DNA of 63,820 nt from NCBI RefSeq assembly GCF_016433145.1, contig NC_058131.1, positions 634,523,308-634,587,127 of the forward strand. The letters are read 5' to 3'. This stretch comes from Gracilinanus agilis. Lineage: Eukaryota. Numbering within the stretch: the stretch's first letter is position 1; each line of letters starts with the position of its first letter. Shown here piece after piece: positions 36,230 to 49,520 of this stretch. A program made the position numbers and the translations under genes. A model generated the notes under the pieces. That model saw only the letters and a program-made list of their open reading frames with translations. It was not told the origin of the DNA and made no database searches.

Positions 36230-37640
36230 GCGATGATTAAAACAATCAGATATTGGCTAAGAAAAAGTGGTGGATCACTGAAATAGATTAAGTACACAAT
36301 ATAAAGAAATAAATGAGCATAGTAATCTAGTGTTTTGTAAACCCCCAAATCCAAACTTTTGAGGAAAGAACTCAATATTTGACAAAAATTGCTTGGGAAA
36401 CTGGAAAGAAATTTGGCAGAAATTTGGCATAGACCAACATCTCACACTGTATTTCAAAATCGAGTTAAAATGGATAAGTGATTTAGACATAGAGGATAAT
36501 ATCACCAGTAAATTAAGGGAACATGGAAAAATGTACCTGTCAGATCTGTGGATAAAGGAAGAGTTATGACAGAACAAGAGATAGAGAAGATTATATAGGA
36601 AGTAAAATAGAGAATTTTGTTTATATGACATTGAAAAGCTTTTGCACAAATAAAGCTAATGCAGACAAAATTAGAAGAAAAATGGAAAGTAAGGGGAAAT
36701 TTGTAATAAATTTCTCTGAGAAAGTTTTCATTTCTTAAACATATAGGGATATGTTTATAGCCAAATGTATGAAAATAAGAGCCCATCTCTAGTTGAGTCA
36801 AAGGATATGAGCAGGCAGTTTTCAGAATAAGAAATTAAAGAAATCAAATCAATAATCACATAAAAATGTTCTAAAGCAGTTAGGATTAGAGAAATGCAAA
36901 TTAAAATAACAGAAAAGGAAAATGACAAATGCTGGTGGGATGTAGAAAAATCGAGACACTCATGCACTGTTGGCATAGTTGTGAACTACTCTAAACCATT
37001 CTGTAGAACAATTTGGAACTTTGACCCAGCAATACCACTATTGGTCTGTAACTCAAAGAGATAAAAAGGGGAAAATATCTATTTGTACAAAAATATTTAT
37101 AGTAGCTCTTTTTGTGGTGGTGAAGAATTGGAAATAGAGGAGATGCCCATCAATTGGGGAATGTTAGAACAAGTTGTGGTATCTGATTGTAATGGAATAT
37201 TATTGTTGTATGAGAAATAACAAGCAGGATGGCTTCAGAAAAACCCAGGAAGACATGTGTGAATTCATAAAAAGTGAAGGGAGCAGAACCAGAGAATATT
37301 GTTCCTAGTAACAGGAATATTGTGATCAATTATGAAAGACTTAGTTAATTTGATCAAGACAATTTTCCAAGACAATTCCAAAGAACCTTGTGATGAAGAA
37401 TACTATCTACAACCAGAAAATTAATAAACTCTGGCTTCAGGTTGAAGTATGCTTTTTATCGTGTTATTGTTTTATTTTATGATTTCTTTTGCAACATAGC
37501 TAATATGCATGACTTCTGAAGGAGTGGGGAGACTCAAAAGGAAAGTAAAGAATTTGGAACTCATAATTCTAAAAATGATTGTTAAAAATTTGTTTACATG
37601 TAATTGGGAAATATTTAATTAAATAAACAAAAAGAATAAA
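36230..37640 (+). mobile_element. Older 5'-truncated L1 (ORF2 C-terminal and 3'UTR)
   Basis: gaactcaatatttgacaaaaattgcttgggaaactgg; gacaaatgctggtggggatgtagaaaa; gcagaaccagagaatattg. Confidence 0.85.
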
Positions 37641-38176
37641 TAAATGTTAAAACTCTTTCTAGGGTGGTTGTGAGAATAAAATTAAAAAAATATTTGTAAA
37701 ACACTTTGCAAACCTTTAAGGCTTACATAAATAAAAGGTATGCCACAAATTTAACCTTGCAATGATTTTTAATTTTGTCTCTACTTTTCTTTATTCCAAG
37801 TCTACATCACCTAGAAATCAGAAAGCTCAATCAGCTTTCTCAACGGAGATCCTAAGTTTGTTTGGTGCCAAGAACAGGGTACAACTATTTGGTACAAAAA
37901 TTCCTCAAATAAAGCCAGTAATATTTTTTAGCTTGACAGAGTAAATCAACTGCTTATTCTTGGCTTGTGAAGGTCCAAACCCACTCCCATAATATGAGGA
38001 GAATGATAGCAGATGGATAGACTCTCAGCCACCACAACTTGGCCACAGAGGCCAAAGAAGAATGATTTCTAAGCCTATGTGAACTTTCAAGTAGGGCTTC
38101 CAGAACAGAGACCTGCCAGAAAGGGAGCAGTTGGCTGGAAGGCATGTAGGATTTCTGCTCAATAAAAAGATACAGA

Positions 38177-38204
38177 ACACACATACACACACACACACAC
38201 ACAC
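38177..38204. repeat. (CA)n microsatellite
   Basis: acacacatacacacacacacacacacac. Confidence 0.9.
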
Positions 38205-38879
38205 GTGAGGAATGCAGGTGAACTCATAAAGACCAAGAACAAATGCAACTCACGCACCAACAAGTTTCTCCATGTTTTCCTGCAGGGTGGAGCTACTCAT
38301 TCATACCTGTCAACACATATATGATCCACAATTATCTGGATTTGCATTCTTTTGGTCTAGGAGATAGAGCCAAGACGCAGAAAGTCACTGCAGGGAAGTT
38401 ACTGGTTTCACACTTTGAAATAAAAGTCTCACCCCATGGATGGGGCCACTGGTGAACTGGTAACCCCTTCCCTATGGTGCATATATACTGCCTTTTCTGT
38501 GATATAAAACTGCTCAAAGGCAATCTTGCAAATGCTTGTCAGCTTTGCTCTCCAAGAAAGCACAAGACAAGAACCATTTCTCACCATGTATGGGCTAGCG
38601 TGGTTGGAAATCAAAAGATTTTAATTAAAATTTATGGTTCTGCCTGCCTGGGAGCAAGCAGTCAGCTTGATGGAAAAGCTGACACCAGCAAGGTGTCTAT
38701 TGCTGTGAGAAACTAAAAACCCTTTTTCTTATACTTTATATAGTCGGACTTTCCTATGAGTCTGTGGGATGGGGAATTTCTCAGCCTTTAAGCACTGGAA
38801 GAAAAGGATAATAATATTTGGAACTAGCTGCCTGTCATATAGTATAGTTGAAAGAGTACTGGATCTTGAGTTCAAATAC

Positions 38880-39090
38880 TTGAACACAGCTGTTATTGCC
38901 CTCCTCCCCTGCCTCCCATTCCCTACTTGTACCCATACTTCTGTCTTCTTTTCTCCCATCTGAGCCTCACTTGTCATGAATTCAAGTCTCTCCACCACCC
39001 TGATCAGCCACCTCTAGACCCTCTTAAATTTACCAGTATTCTTATTAAACTGTGGTGCCCCAGAACTGAAAACGATGTTCCAAATTCCTC
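38880..39090 (-). mobile_element. L3/CR1 fragment
   Basis: ccctgatcagccacctctagaccctcttaaatttaccagtattcttattaaactgtggtgccccagaactg. Confidence 0.65.
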
Positions 39091-39114
39091 ATTTCAGTAT
39101 TTAAAACTCTTCAT

Positions 39115-39300
39115 AGCAGGGAATTATACCATTTGTTGTGCCATGTGTGCTTGTGGCTACAGTCTGGTGAAACCTTTGCAGAATTACAATTTAAAACTAC
39201 ATTTTAATATATATGAAATAAAAGGCAAAAATTACCCAAAACCAATCATACTGAAATACAATGATCAAAATTAAAAGCAAGTTCACAGGGCACAGGTGAG
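39115..39300. mobile_element. Old hAT-Charlie-type non-autonomous element
   Basis: gcagggaattataccatttgttgtgccatg...cagtctggtgaaacc...accaatcatactgaaatacaatgatcaaaattaaaagcaagttcacaggg resembles ancient Charlie MITEs; TIRs decayed. Confidence 0.45.
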
Positions 39301-40633
39301 GCTCCCTTGTACTTACAGTCTGGCTCCGATCTGCTCTACCTTTTAGCTACAACCCAGGATTCCATCTCCTATCTCCAAATGTTTGAACCAGTCATTCAGG
39401 AGTCTTAGAATGCGCTCATTTCAGGCTCTCAGAAAATTGTTATTATCTCCCTTTGGGACTCACCTCAGCTGCCACCTCCTCCACAAAGTCTCCTCTGATT
39501 CCTTTGCTTATTAGGTCTTTTACCTTCCTCAGTTTTCCTTGTCTGGTACTTATCTCTGTACATATTCCAACCTTCCTCCCTTCCCAAGTAGAAGGTGAAC
39601 TTTTTGAGGACAAGGATTGCTTGATCTCTAGAATGCCTTGAACATAGTAGATGTCCAGAAAAAACCCACCCAAACATTTAATGGAATGGAATTGAATTAA
39701 ATGCTTCAATCCCTTCATTTTGGTTACTGAGAAACTTTGTCTATAATCTTGACCTATTGATTCTTGAGCCTTTTGGTGGAGCTCTTCCCAAATGGTTCTA
39801 CTACAGGCAAAGGCAGTGAGACTAGTCCTGAGATTTTTTTTTCCTCTTTGCTTTACCAATTATATCTGTCCATATTACTTACTGTTGTGTCTTTACTGCT
39901 TCATTGTTTTTTCTTGCCTGGGTGGGTTAGAAGTTACATGGTAAGTAACTGAATACCTAATACCTCCTGAATGAACTTCCAAGGTTCCCAGATTCCTAAC
40001 CGAGTGGGGACAAATGGGCCAAGATAAGCAAATTCCCATGAATAAGGTCCACAAAAAATATAGGGGCCTCAGAAGTACAAATAAGACTTCATCCCTGACT
40101 TTGGGGAATGAATTGAATAGTAGAGGAGATATGCACAGGCACAAATAACTCATACTTGTCTCAGAGGGTGATTGTGAGTCTCACAGGAGAGGTGAGAACC
40201 TGTATATAAAAATCTTTGCACTATATAAATAGCAGCTATTAGGATGATTAGTGTTACTTTTATTATTATACAAAATAGAATTCAGAAATGAGTACCTAAG
40301 ACAACTTTAGAAGTAGAAGAGATCAGTACTAGCCAGGGAATTCTCAAAGGTTTAATCATTGGATCTGAGCCTTGAAGGCTAGGTAGGATCTCAATACACA
40401 AGGGTAGTGTGGGATTAAGAATAGGGCAAATGGTAACTTCTCTGGGAAAACATCTTTCAAGCCTGAATTCATTGTTTTCTATCATGTCCAGAACTAAGCA
40501 TTCAGTTATCTTTGTACAGTTGTTCCTTTGATTGCTTATAATTTCTGAGTGACTTCTGTAAGCATTCTTTGAAACATTTTTAGAAAATTTATTGGTTTCC
40601 TTAAATATGTCCCGATTACATGTAAATAAAAAA

Positions 40634-40815
40634 TTTTCAAATTTACTTTCTGTATTAGAATCAGTACCAAGTATTGGTTTCAAGGCAGAAGCTCAGTAAG
40701 AGCTAGGCAACTGGGGTTAAACGATTTGCCCAGGGTCACACAGCAAGGAAGTGTCTGAGGCTAGATTTGAACTGAGGACCTTCCTTCTCTATCCACTGAG
40801 CCATCTAGCTTCCCC
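40634..40815 (-). mobile_element. Opossum CORE-SINE
   Basis: gtattggtttcaaggcagaag...gcccagggtcacacagcaaggaagtgtctgagg...ccactgagccatctagcttcccc. Confidence 0.85.
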
Positions 40816-40829
40816 TTAATATTCATTTC

Positions 40830-41125
40830 TTTAAAAATTTGAGTTCCAAATTTGCTTCCTTCCTCCTCTACCCCTTGAGAAGGCAAGCAATGTAATATAG
40901 ATTATACATATAATGTCATATAAAACATATTTCCATATAAGCTATATTACAAAAGAAAATACATACAAACATGAAAATTAAAATAAACAGAGTATGTTTT
41001 AATCTGCCTTGAGAGTTCATCAATTCTCTCTCTGGAGATAGTATTTTTCATCAAGAGTCCTCTAGAATTGTCTTGGATCATTGTCTTGATCAGAGTAGCT
41101 AAGTTTTACACAAGGGATCATCATT
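40830..41125 (-). mobile_element. L1 3'UTR fragment
   Basis: gagttcatcaattctctctctggagatag...gaattgtcttggatcattgtcttgatcagagtagctaag. Confidence 0.7.
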
Positions 41126-41717
41126 TTGTAAACATTCTTGGTTCTGGCTCAGCAGCCAGTGGAAAAGCTCCTCTTCCTTCCATAGCAGGCAGACTAAAAA
41201 CAACACTTATGCTCTGAATGAGGAGCGAGGTTCATCCATGACATTTGATCACGCCTTTCTGGAAACACCCTCCCTCTGTCTCTTCCACTTGTGTCAGCTC
41301 AGTCCACTCTTCATGCTCATAAGGACTGAGCTTGGTCAGTCCCCCGTTACAACACAATGAGACCAGGAACTCCGTTAAGACTCTCTATCACACAATCACA
41401 TGCATGGTTTATTGTTACCTTGTTTTTGATTGTTCAAGCCTCTGCTATCTTCCACCAACTTAGATGAACAAAGCTGATTTATTAAGCCAAAAATCCACTC
41501 CAATGAGCCACAGAAAATCTTATGAGGCCAGTTCAATTCAATTCCACAAATCCTTATTAATCACCAAGTATGGCAAGGAACTGTGCTATTTCATGAAGAT
41601 ACAAAGAATAACAAAATAACTTCCAGGGAGTTTATAGTCTACTGAGGAACAAGTACAATATATGCACAAATAAATAATCAGGAATTAGTTGCAAAACAAA
41701 TGCAAAATCATTTGGTG

Positions 41718-41977
41718 GTAGTTGTTGTTATTCAGTCGTTCAGTCATGTCCAAACTCTTTGTGACCCCATTTTGGGGTTTTCCTGGCAAAGATTCTGGAG
41801 TGGTTTACCATTTCCTTCTCCAGCTTATTTTACAGATGAGGAAACTGAAGCAAATAGGGTTGTGACTTGCCCAGAGTCACATATTTCATTAGTGTCTGAG
41901 GCAAGATTTGAACTCAGGAAGATGAATATTCCTGACTCCAGGTCTGGTGTTCTATCCACTGTACCACCTAGTTCTCC
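41718..41977 (-). mobile_element. Mar1-like CORE-SINE
   Basis: gttgttgttattcagtcgttcagtcatgtcc...ggagtggtttaccatttccttctccagc...ccactgtaccacctag. Confidence 0.88.
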
Positions 41978-41984
41978 AAGTAAT

Positions 41985-42660
41985 TTGGGGCATGGCACTG
42001 ATAACTATAGGTTTAGAAAGATCATCTGTCACTTGACTTCCCCTTGAAGGAAACTAGAAATAAGCAGGGTGAGACAATATAAAGGCATACATGTGGAAAA
42101 CAAGATTTCAAGTTTGTGGAAGTATCTAGTAGGCCAATTTGGCAGGAATATGATGTATGAAAGGGAATAATATGACAAAAGAGACTGATAATGAGCTTTA
42201 AGTACCAAATGGGAGTTTTTATTTATTCCTTGAGCCAACAGACAGCCACTGAAGATTTTTGAGCAAGGGAACTACATGGTCAGAGCAGTCATGAACTGAT
42301 TTGGTAGCTGTGTAAATGAAGAGAAGAGGACTTGACAGGTAATAATGATATTTGACCACTGATTTAATATAGAGGAGGGAGAATCAAGATGACTGTAATT
42401 GTGAACCCTGGTAACCAAAAGAATGATGGTGCTCTTAACAAAACAGAAAAGTTAGTGAAAGGATGGGTTTAGAGGGAAAGAGTAAATTCTATTTTGACAT
42501 TTAAAATTTGAGGTGTCCATGAGATATCCAAGTGGAGTAAATATTTTTGTCTAGTAAATATTTTTGAGCATTTTCTTTTTGTGGGACTAAGAGAAGATCA
42601 AGGCTGGATTTGTAGACTTCAGGGTCATCTGCACAGATATGATCCTTAAGGAAAACTGGT
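41985..42660 (-). mobile_element. L2 fragment
   Basis: ccttgagccaacagacagccactgaagatttttgagcaaggg; gaatcaagatgactg; tttgaggtgtccatgagatatccaagtggag. Confidence 0.7.
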
Positions 42661-42849
42661 GGGATCATCAAGAATTCCTAATAAGACCTGAACTGCATAG
42701 AAAGTTTGAAATTCAAACACAGGGGTTAAGAGAAACACACAAAGGTAAACAAAAATAAATAATCACAAGGGAGTAATAAACAATAAACTGCTTATGTGAA
42801 GAAATGATTCCTTTCCTCGCTGAATCCTGTCATCTACAGAGATCATATT

Positions 42850-43082
42850 TGTTTTTGTCATTGTCATTCAGTTGTTTCAGTCATGTCAGTTTTTCTTGGC
42901 AAAGATACAGGAGTAGTTTGCCATTTCCTTCTCCAGCTCATTTTACAGATGAGAAACTGAGGCAAACAGGGTTGGATGACTTGACCAGGGTCATGCAACT
43001 GGTAAATGTCTAAGGCCATATTTGAGCTCAGGAGAATGAGTCTTCTTAACTACAGCATTTTATCCACTGTGCTACCTTGCTG
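42850..43082 (-). mobile_element. Mar1-like CORE-SINE
   Basis: gtttgccatttccttctccagctcattttacagatgagaaactgaggcaaacagggtt. Confidence 0.85.
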
Positions 43083-44077
43083 TGGATAGGGATCATGAAG
43101 TCCAATTAGATAGAAGTCCTTAGCATTTCTGTTATAATTTGATAATCTTTAAAAAAGAATAGAAAAGGAGAGGAAAGAGAAATTCCTTTCCTGGACAAAG
43201 GGAGGTTAGGAAAAATAATCTTACATGAGGATATGTGCGAATAGAAGTCTATATAAATAAGAATTAAGTAGTGGAGGGAATGTGGCTAACACTCGAACTT
43301 CCTCATCATCTAAACTGCTTAAAGGAAGGAAGAATATATATAGCATTGAATACAGAAATACCTTTCACACATCAGAGAAATAGGAGGGACAAGGGAGAAG
43401 GAAGGAAATATAGGAAGAGCATGTCCAAAAGAAAAAAATACACATATATGCATATTCATATACTTATATATATACATGCATCTGTATATAAATACATATA
43501 TACACATACATTTGTTCTGATACTCTTCACTTCACTCTGTATCAGTTCATAAAAGTCTTCTCAAGTTTCTCTGAATCCATCTTCATTAATTTTTTATAGC
43601 ACAATGATGTTCTATCATACATACTATAATTTATTCAGATATTCCCTAGTTGAGGGAATTCAACAGATTTAAATTCTTTGTCACCTGAAAAAATGTTTTT
43701 GTTTTTCCTTGGAGTTTGTTTTGTTTAGGATTAATCTCTCACTTAATTTACCCTTCCTATAGTCTTTCCTTCTTTTCTTTTTTAAAGAAACAAGACTATA
43801 TAGATATTATTTAGAAGACTATAAATTTCTTAATCTAAAAAAATCCTGTTCAACTTCAACAGTTGAATAAAAAATATCCTTTAGCAACAGAATGACTCAT
43901 AACCAGAAGGAATATTTTTTATTTTTGTGGACTATAATTTTATATTTATATTTACAAATGTTTGTTTTCAAATTTTTGGCCATTACCTTTTATTTCTGAA
44001 GCTTTAAGTGATGGAAAGATGATCAACTAATTTAATTAAATTATTTATTTATTTAATTAACTTTTAATTTAATTTAA

Positions 44078-44277
44078 TTTTTAAAAACCCCTACCTTCCG
44101 TCTTGGAGTCAATACTGCATATTGGTTCCAAGGCAGAAGAGTGGTAAGGCCTAGGCAATGGGGAACAAGTGATTTGCCCAGGGTCACACAGCTAGGAAGT
44201 GTCTGAGCCCAGATTTGAACCTAGGACCTCCTGTCTCCAGGCCTGGCTCTCACTCCATTGAGCCACCCAGCTACCCC
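44078..44277 (-). mobile_element. Opossum CORE-SINE preceded by an AT-rich decayed tail (about 44025-44080)
   Basis: aaacccctaccttccgtcttggagtcaatactg...ccattgagccacccagctacccc. Confidence 0.9.
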
Positions 44278-45791
44278 CTGATCAATTTATTTTAAAATGT
44301 GTGTACTTATATCTAAAAGGTATTTGGAACTAAAACAAAAAAGAAACCACTGCAAACCTTGGAGAGAGCATTTTTAGTCAAGTCATGGAGGACAGATATG
44401 CCAGGGGGTTGAGAAATAAGTGGGAGGTATCACTTCAGAGGCAACCAATAGTCATCTAAAATAATTTACATCAATAGTTAGATACACAACAGTGCCAAGG
44501 AATGTTTCAGTTCTCCTTTGGCCTAGAGGCTGGTTACTCTGTAAAATTCCTAACATGTGAGTTGGCATTATCTAAGAAGAACACTTCTAAAATAAAGAGA
44601 AAATACTCCATTGCTGTTCCTGGGACCTCCAAACAGATTGTTTATAATAGAGTTATGGTTCTGAGTTGAAAAAAATTATATAAAAAGACTTTAAATTGTC
44701 TCAAAATAACTCAAGTCATGGTTAATATTTATAACCCACAGGCTCAGTTCAGGTGGTTTTCTGAGTATTATTTGAAATTCAGTTGAATTACTATATATAT
44801 GTATGTATTGATCATTTGGGGCTTTAGCTTATCTCTGTTTATTACCAGGAGGCAGTTGGGAATACACTTGGCTTTCAAAGGTTCAACTTGTGCCATGGCA
44901 AGGGAAATCTATCCACCTTATTTTTAAACTGTATTTAGTTTCCCTGAAGTCTAAATAAACATTACTCAACAGTTGAAGTTACTTAAGCATCAATCATTTC
45001 CACTTCAATGAAAAAAGGTAAAGGTAGCTAAGCTGTAACAGTGCAAAAAGATTGAAATTTAACCTAAAATGTTAAGTACTTTCCAAGTCAGCTCAGATTA
45101 AAAAAAATTTATGATGAAATTGACAAACATCAGATTAGTTTTTGAGGAAGAAGTCTGAGAGTCCATGCCACCACAAGTTCACTGGAATTTCCTTTGACGA
45201 TCGCACTTGACTATGAAGGGAGACATATTTGGTAAGCTCTACAAGTTCAACAATGGAAGTCAGCCATTTGTCCTTTATTTCCACATTACTTTTGTACCAT
45301 TTTATATTCTTTCCTTTCTGACTCAGTCTTTCTTTACCATCCTTAACCTCTCATAAAACTTCTAATTCCCAACTTTTGTATCCTCCCTCCTCTCTCTGCC
45401 TCCTAACTATTCCTAGTATTTCCATTAAATCCTATTAAATTTAAAATTGATTAAATCCTGAATTAGCTAAACCCCAGAAGTTTTCTCAGGTTCCTTCAAG
45501 GTTCTGATCATAATCAATCAACTAGAGAGTGTTAATTAAGCTCCTATTTTGCACCAGATACTCTTCTAGTTGATGGTGATACAACATCAATGAAATCATT
45601 CCTGTCCTTACATTGTGTAGGAGAAGATAACTATGTACATATATATGTATATGTGTATAGATATATACATATGTAGTATAAAAATAAATACAAGGTAGTT
45701 TGGAGGGCAGGCAATAGCAGATAATGTTCAGAGAAGGATTCATGTAAAAGGTAATACTTTAGCAGAACTTTGATGGAAACTGGGGATTATC

Positions 45792-45992
45792 TTTTTTTCT
45801 TAACCCTTACCTTCTATCATAGAATCAACACTATGCATTGGTTCCAAGGCAGAAGAGTGGTAAGGGGTAGGTGATGGGAGTTAAGTGACTTGCCCAGGGT
45901 CAACCAGCTAGGAAGTGTCCTGAGATCACACTTGAACCCAGGACCTCCCATCTCTGGACCTGGCTCTCAATCCACTGAGCTACCCAGCTGCC
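45792..45992 (-). mobile_element. Opossum CORE-SINE nested in L2
   Basis: taacccttaccttctatcatagaatc...ccactgagctacccagctgcc. Confidence 0.88.
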
Positions 45993-46778
45993 TTCTGAAA
46001 CCAGGGATTCTGAGAGTCAGAGATGCCATTCCAGAATTGGTGGATAGCATGTGTAAAGTCACTGATATGAGAGACAGAATGTTATGCATGAGTAACAGCA
46101 AGAAAACTAGCTTTGCAGGTCTAAAGGGTGCATCAAAGTGAGTAATGGATAAAGCTGGATAGGCAAGTTGGAGCAAGAGCCAAAAGAAAGGTTTTAAATA
46201 CTGACAGAACTATATGGAGTAGCTTCCTCTAGAATATGGAAGAAAAGCATAGACATTTCTTTCTTTAATGATTAAATATAACTCCACAGTCATTTTAGAT
46301 GTCAAAATGAGCCTATCTTGACTACAAGAATTACTGTACTGTATTGGGAAATATGGGAATACAACAATGAACGGAATTCAGAAGACTTGTATTCTAGACC
46401 CCAGTAGCTCTGTGATGTATATCTTTTAGTCTCACTTCCTACAACTTTTCCTGGTTGTGGAAGGGCCAGTGGTAAGGTCCATTTAGTCTTCCATCTTACC
46501 AGAAGACTTATAGTTGGTGATTTCTTGCTCATCAAAATGTTTGCTTCTGCAATAGATAGAGAATTGACCTTAGAGCTAGAAGTTATGAGTTCAAATCCCA
46601 CATACTACCTATGTGATCCTAGGCAAATCACTTAACCTTTGTGCTCTAGACCAGAGATATCAAACACCTGGCCATAAGCAGCATGTAGTTTACTACTAAT
46701 AAAACAAAAATATATAACATTACATTTTAAAATTAAATCAATATGTGGTCCACAGGATTTTGTATGAATGTATGGATT

Positions 46779-47007
46779 TTGTTGAATCATTTCAATCATG
46801 TCTGACTCTTCATGACCCTATGCAAGTCACTTAACCCTGTTTTCCTCAGTTTCCTAATCTGTAAAGTGAGCTGGAGAAGGAAATGGCAAACCACTCCAGC
46901 ATCTCTACCATGGTGCATAAGGTCATACAGTAAGTATCTGAGGCAGGACTTGAATTCAGGTCTTCCTGATTCCAGATTGTGCTATCCACTGTACCACCTA
47001 ACTTTTC
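46779..47007 (-). mobile_element. Mar1-like SINE with inverted central segment, 14-bp TSD, inside a decayed hAT-like MITE (about 46652-47052)
   Basis: TSD TGAATGTATG(G/A)ATT at 46765-46778 and 47008-47021; tail and head read on minus, middle (about 46819-46910) reads on plus; host ends resemble cagagatatcaaac / gtttgacactg. Confidence 0.75.
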
Positions 47008-47169
47008 TGAATGTATGAATTAGTGGTACCATTTCTATTTGAGTTTGACACTGCTAATCTCAGCAACCAAAACCATGAATTGCTGACAAGTTGTTAACAT
47101 GAATTAGTGGAGGGTGTTTCCCTATCAGGGAATTGCTTATATTAATGAAATCACATGTCCAGTCCCTAC

Positions 47170-47590
47170 CTCTAGAAGTCCATACAAGTTTTCTTTTCTA
47201 GGCTAAAACTTCAAGTTCCTTTAGCTGATGTTTTTGCATAAACTTCAGCTCTCTATTACAATCATTATCCTCCTCTGAACACTCTCAAACTTGCTAATAT
47301 CTTTAATGAAATGTAGTGTCAGGGATGACCCATGACTCTCCAGATGTGGTCTGACAAGGGCAGAGTACAGTGGAGATGTTATCTCTTTTTTCCTTGAGGT
47401 TACATCTCTTTTAATATAGCCTAAGATTGTTTCCATGTCATATTGTTGGTTTGTCCTGATTTTGCAGTACATTAAAATAGCCAATTATTTTTTTTTTTTT
47501 TGCTGTCTCAAGTATGTCTTCTCCATCATGTACTTCTATTGTTGAGTTTTGGAACCTAAGTGGAAGACTTTACATATATGCTATGAAATG
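47170..47590 (-). mobile_element. L3/CR1 fragment
   Basis: ccagatgtggtctgacaagggcagagtacagtgg; catgtacttctattgttgagttttggaacctaagtggaagactttaca. Confidence 0.75.
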
Positions 47591-47597
47591 TCATCTT

Positions 47598-47804
47598 TTT
47601 AAACCTTTGAAAAAAAAGGCCCTTACCTTCAGTTATTCAGAATTAACCCTGTGTCAGTTCTAAGGAAGAAGAGTGGAAAAGACGAGGGGGTTAAGTGACT
47701 TGCCCAGTGTCACACAGTCAGAAAGTGTCTGAGACCATATTTGAACCCAGATCTTCCCAATTCAAGTCCTTGTCCTCTCATCCACTGAGTCACCTAGCTG
47801 TCCT
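47598..47804 (-). mobile_element. Opossum CORE-SINE with 14-bp TSD
   Basis: TSD TGAAATGTCATCTT at 47584-47597 and 47805-47818. Confidence 0.87.
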
Positions 47805-48329
47805 TGAAATGTCATCTTACCAGCTTTGGGCAACAGTTGGCAGCAATGCACCTCCAGGGGACACAGAAGACAAGCTGATATTTAATTCTCTGTCCTCCTA
47901 GCCCTTATCTCTCTCTTTTTTTTTCTAGTTTGGAACAGTGATTCCTACATGGTTTGTTCCAAATGAGCTGGCCAGGAAAAAAATAATCGAATTCTATCTT
48001 ATTTATAGAAATAAACATGTGTCCTCTACTTTTAGGGTCATGTTCTTTTTTTTTCTGGAAACCCATTTGTTGAATTTGTATGTCTATAGAATGAACTAAA
48101 AATTCCCTCAGAGTCTGAGTACTTGCTGTTCCTCAATAAATATCTCTTTCCTTCTCTCTAGACCAAAAAAAGTCTTTTTATTCGGTCCATTGATTTTAAA
48201 TATTCCTTATAAAAGAGAGTGAGTCCTAGTCTTTAACATTGCTGGAACTTAAATACCAAGAGAAGGTCAAGAAAAATGTCACTTGGTTCTTAGAATTATT
48301 TTGGCCAAAGTAAGGAAAGATCAGAAAAG

Positions 48330-48690
48330 GGGAATGGGAGATCTCTTCTTTCAGAAAGACTGAGATCTTCAAGATTTTTTATTCCAGACATATGAGACAT
48401 ATACCCAGGATACAGATAATCCAGAATAACACCGTTTCACCTTTTTGAGGAGAATTCACTTGTCTTTTGATATTTTCAGATTGATATTTACTATAACCAA
48501 GTTCTAACATTCTCAGAATTTGATCTGGATTCAAAGAGATGCAATGGCATTCATCTGTATCCTTTCACCTCTGGTGTTGAACTCTTCTTTGTAGATTTGC
48601 TACAACTGGATGGCTTTTGTCACCTCTTTCAATTTGTCCTTCTTCCTTTCTCAGTACCAGCAAACCTCCTCCATCTCCAAGGCACAGTTT
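48330..48690 (-). mobile_element. RTE-clade LINE ORF remnant
   Basis: Minus strand KEVTKAIQL*QIYKEEFNTRGERI and later PQKGE..IC..KIL resemble RTE pre-RT motifs (QIYxEE..GG; LLPKKGD..NYRPICLL). Confidence 0.45.
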
Positions 48691-48999
48691 TGTTATAATT
48701 GGCTGAAAGCCCAATCTGTATGGCCTTCTTTCCCTCCCTTTCCCCCCTTTCTTGTGTTGGGCCCCTCACCTTGGCTTTCTCTGGAAGAAAGTCTAAGTGG
48801 ATATTTTCTTCAGGCTGTTTTAATCAAATTTCTGTTATCTTTATCCTCTCTAGCCCTTCCACTTCTCTCCCACCACCATCCCCTTCCGGCCAGCCCCTAA
48901 AATACCTCCTACTCTAAATCCCAAATAGGGGCTTTAGGGACAAAAATGACTGCTGATTGCCCCTTTTTTCTGTAATGACATGTGATGATCTCAGGTTAG

Positions 49000-49520
49000 A
49001 CATGCAATTCTCCAATCTGGAAAATGAAAGGGAGGGAGGCACCATACTGTGAAATCATTGTGCAAAATATATTTTTTTTGAGAAGGCCTCATAGCCCCTT
49101 TTTCCATGGTGTCATACCTGACCCCATTTCACACTGGAAAAATAAAAATTAAAACTCGAAGGAAAATTCCATTATATCGCAGGTGAGCTGCTGGGGAAAA
49201 TGACCAGTCTTACCAAAGTCACTAAACATGACCATTTAATAATTTTATTTTACTTGCTTATAATTTTTAATTGGCGTCACTGGCGGATTGTTTATTTCCA
49301 ATAATTTGGGAGGAAAAAGCCATGCTCTCATCCTAGCTGTGGACTTGTTTGCCAAGTTTCAAACCAGAGCAGATTTTACTGCTGACTATAACCCCCTGAA
49401 AGAAGGCTTATAAGGCGCTGCTGACAGAAACTTTACAATCGTAGTACCATTGACGCCATTATAATTAGCAGTGCCCCCACCCCCACCCCCCCACCTCCAC
49501 AGCCCTCCCTCCCAAGGACT
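49000..49520. promoter_or_regulatory. Candidate conserved non-coding element / enhancer
   Basis: No recognisable repeat; 7 CpGs in 49141-49470 in a CpG-poor genome; several TAAT/ATTA cores, two half-CRE sites (CGTCA 49275, TGACG 49451), FOX-like TGTTTAT 49289. Confidence 0.5.

Noticed and set aside
38243-38455. Acceptor ttttcctgcAG at 38284 and the 70-aa ORF as an exon
   Set aside because: No recognisable protein and no clear matching donor; not supportable without RNA data
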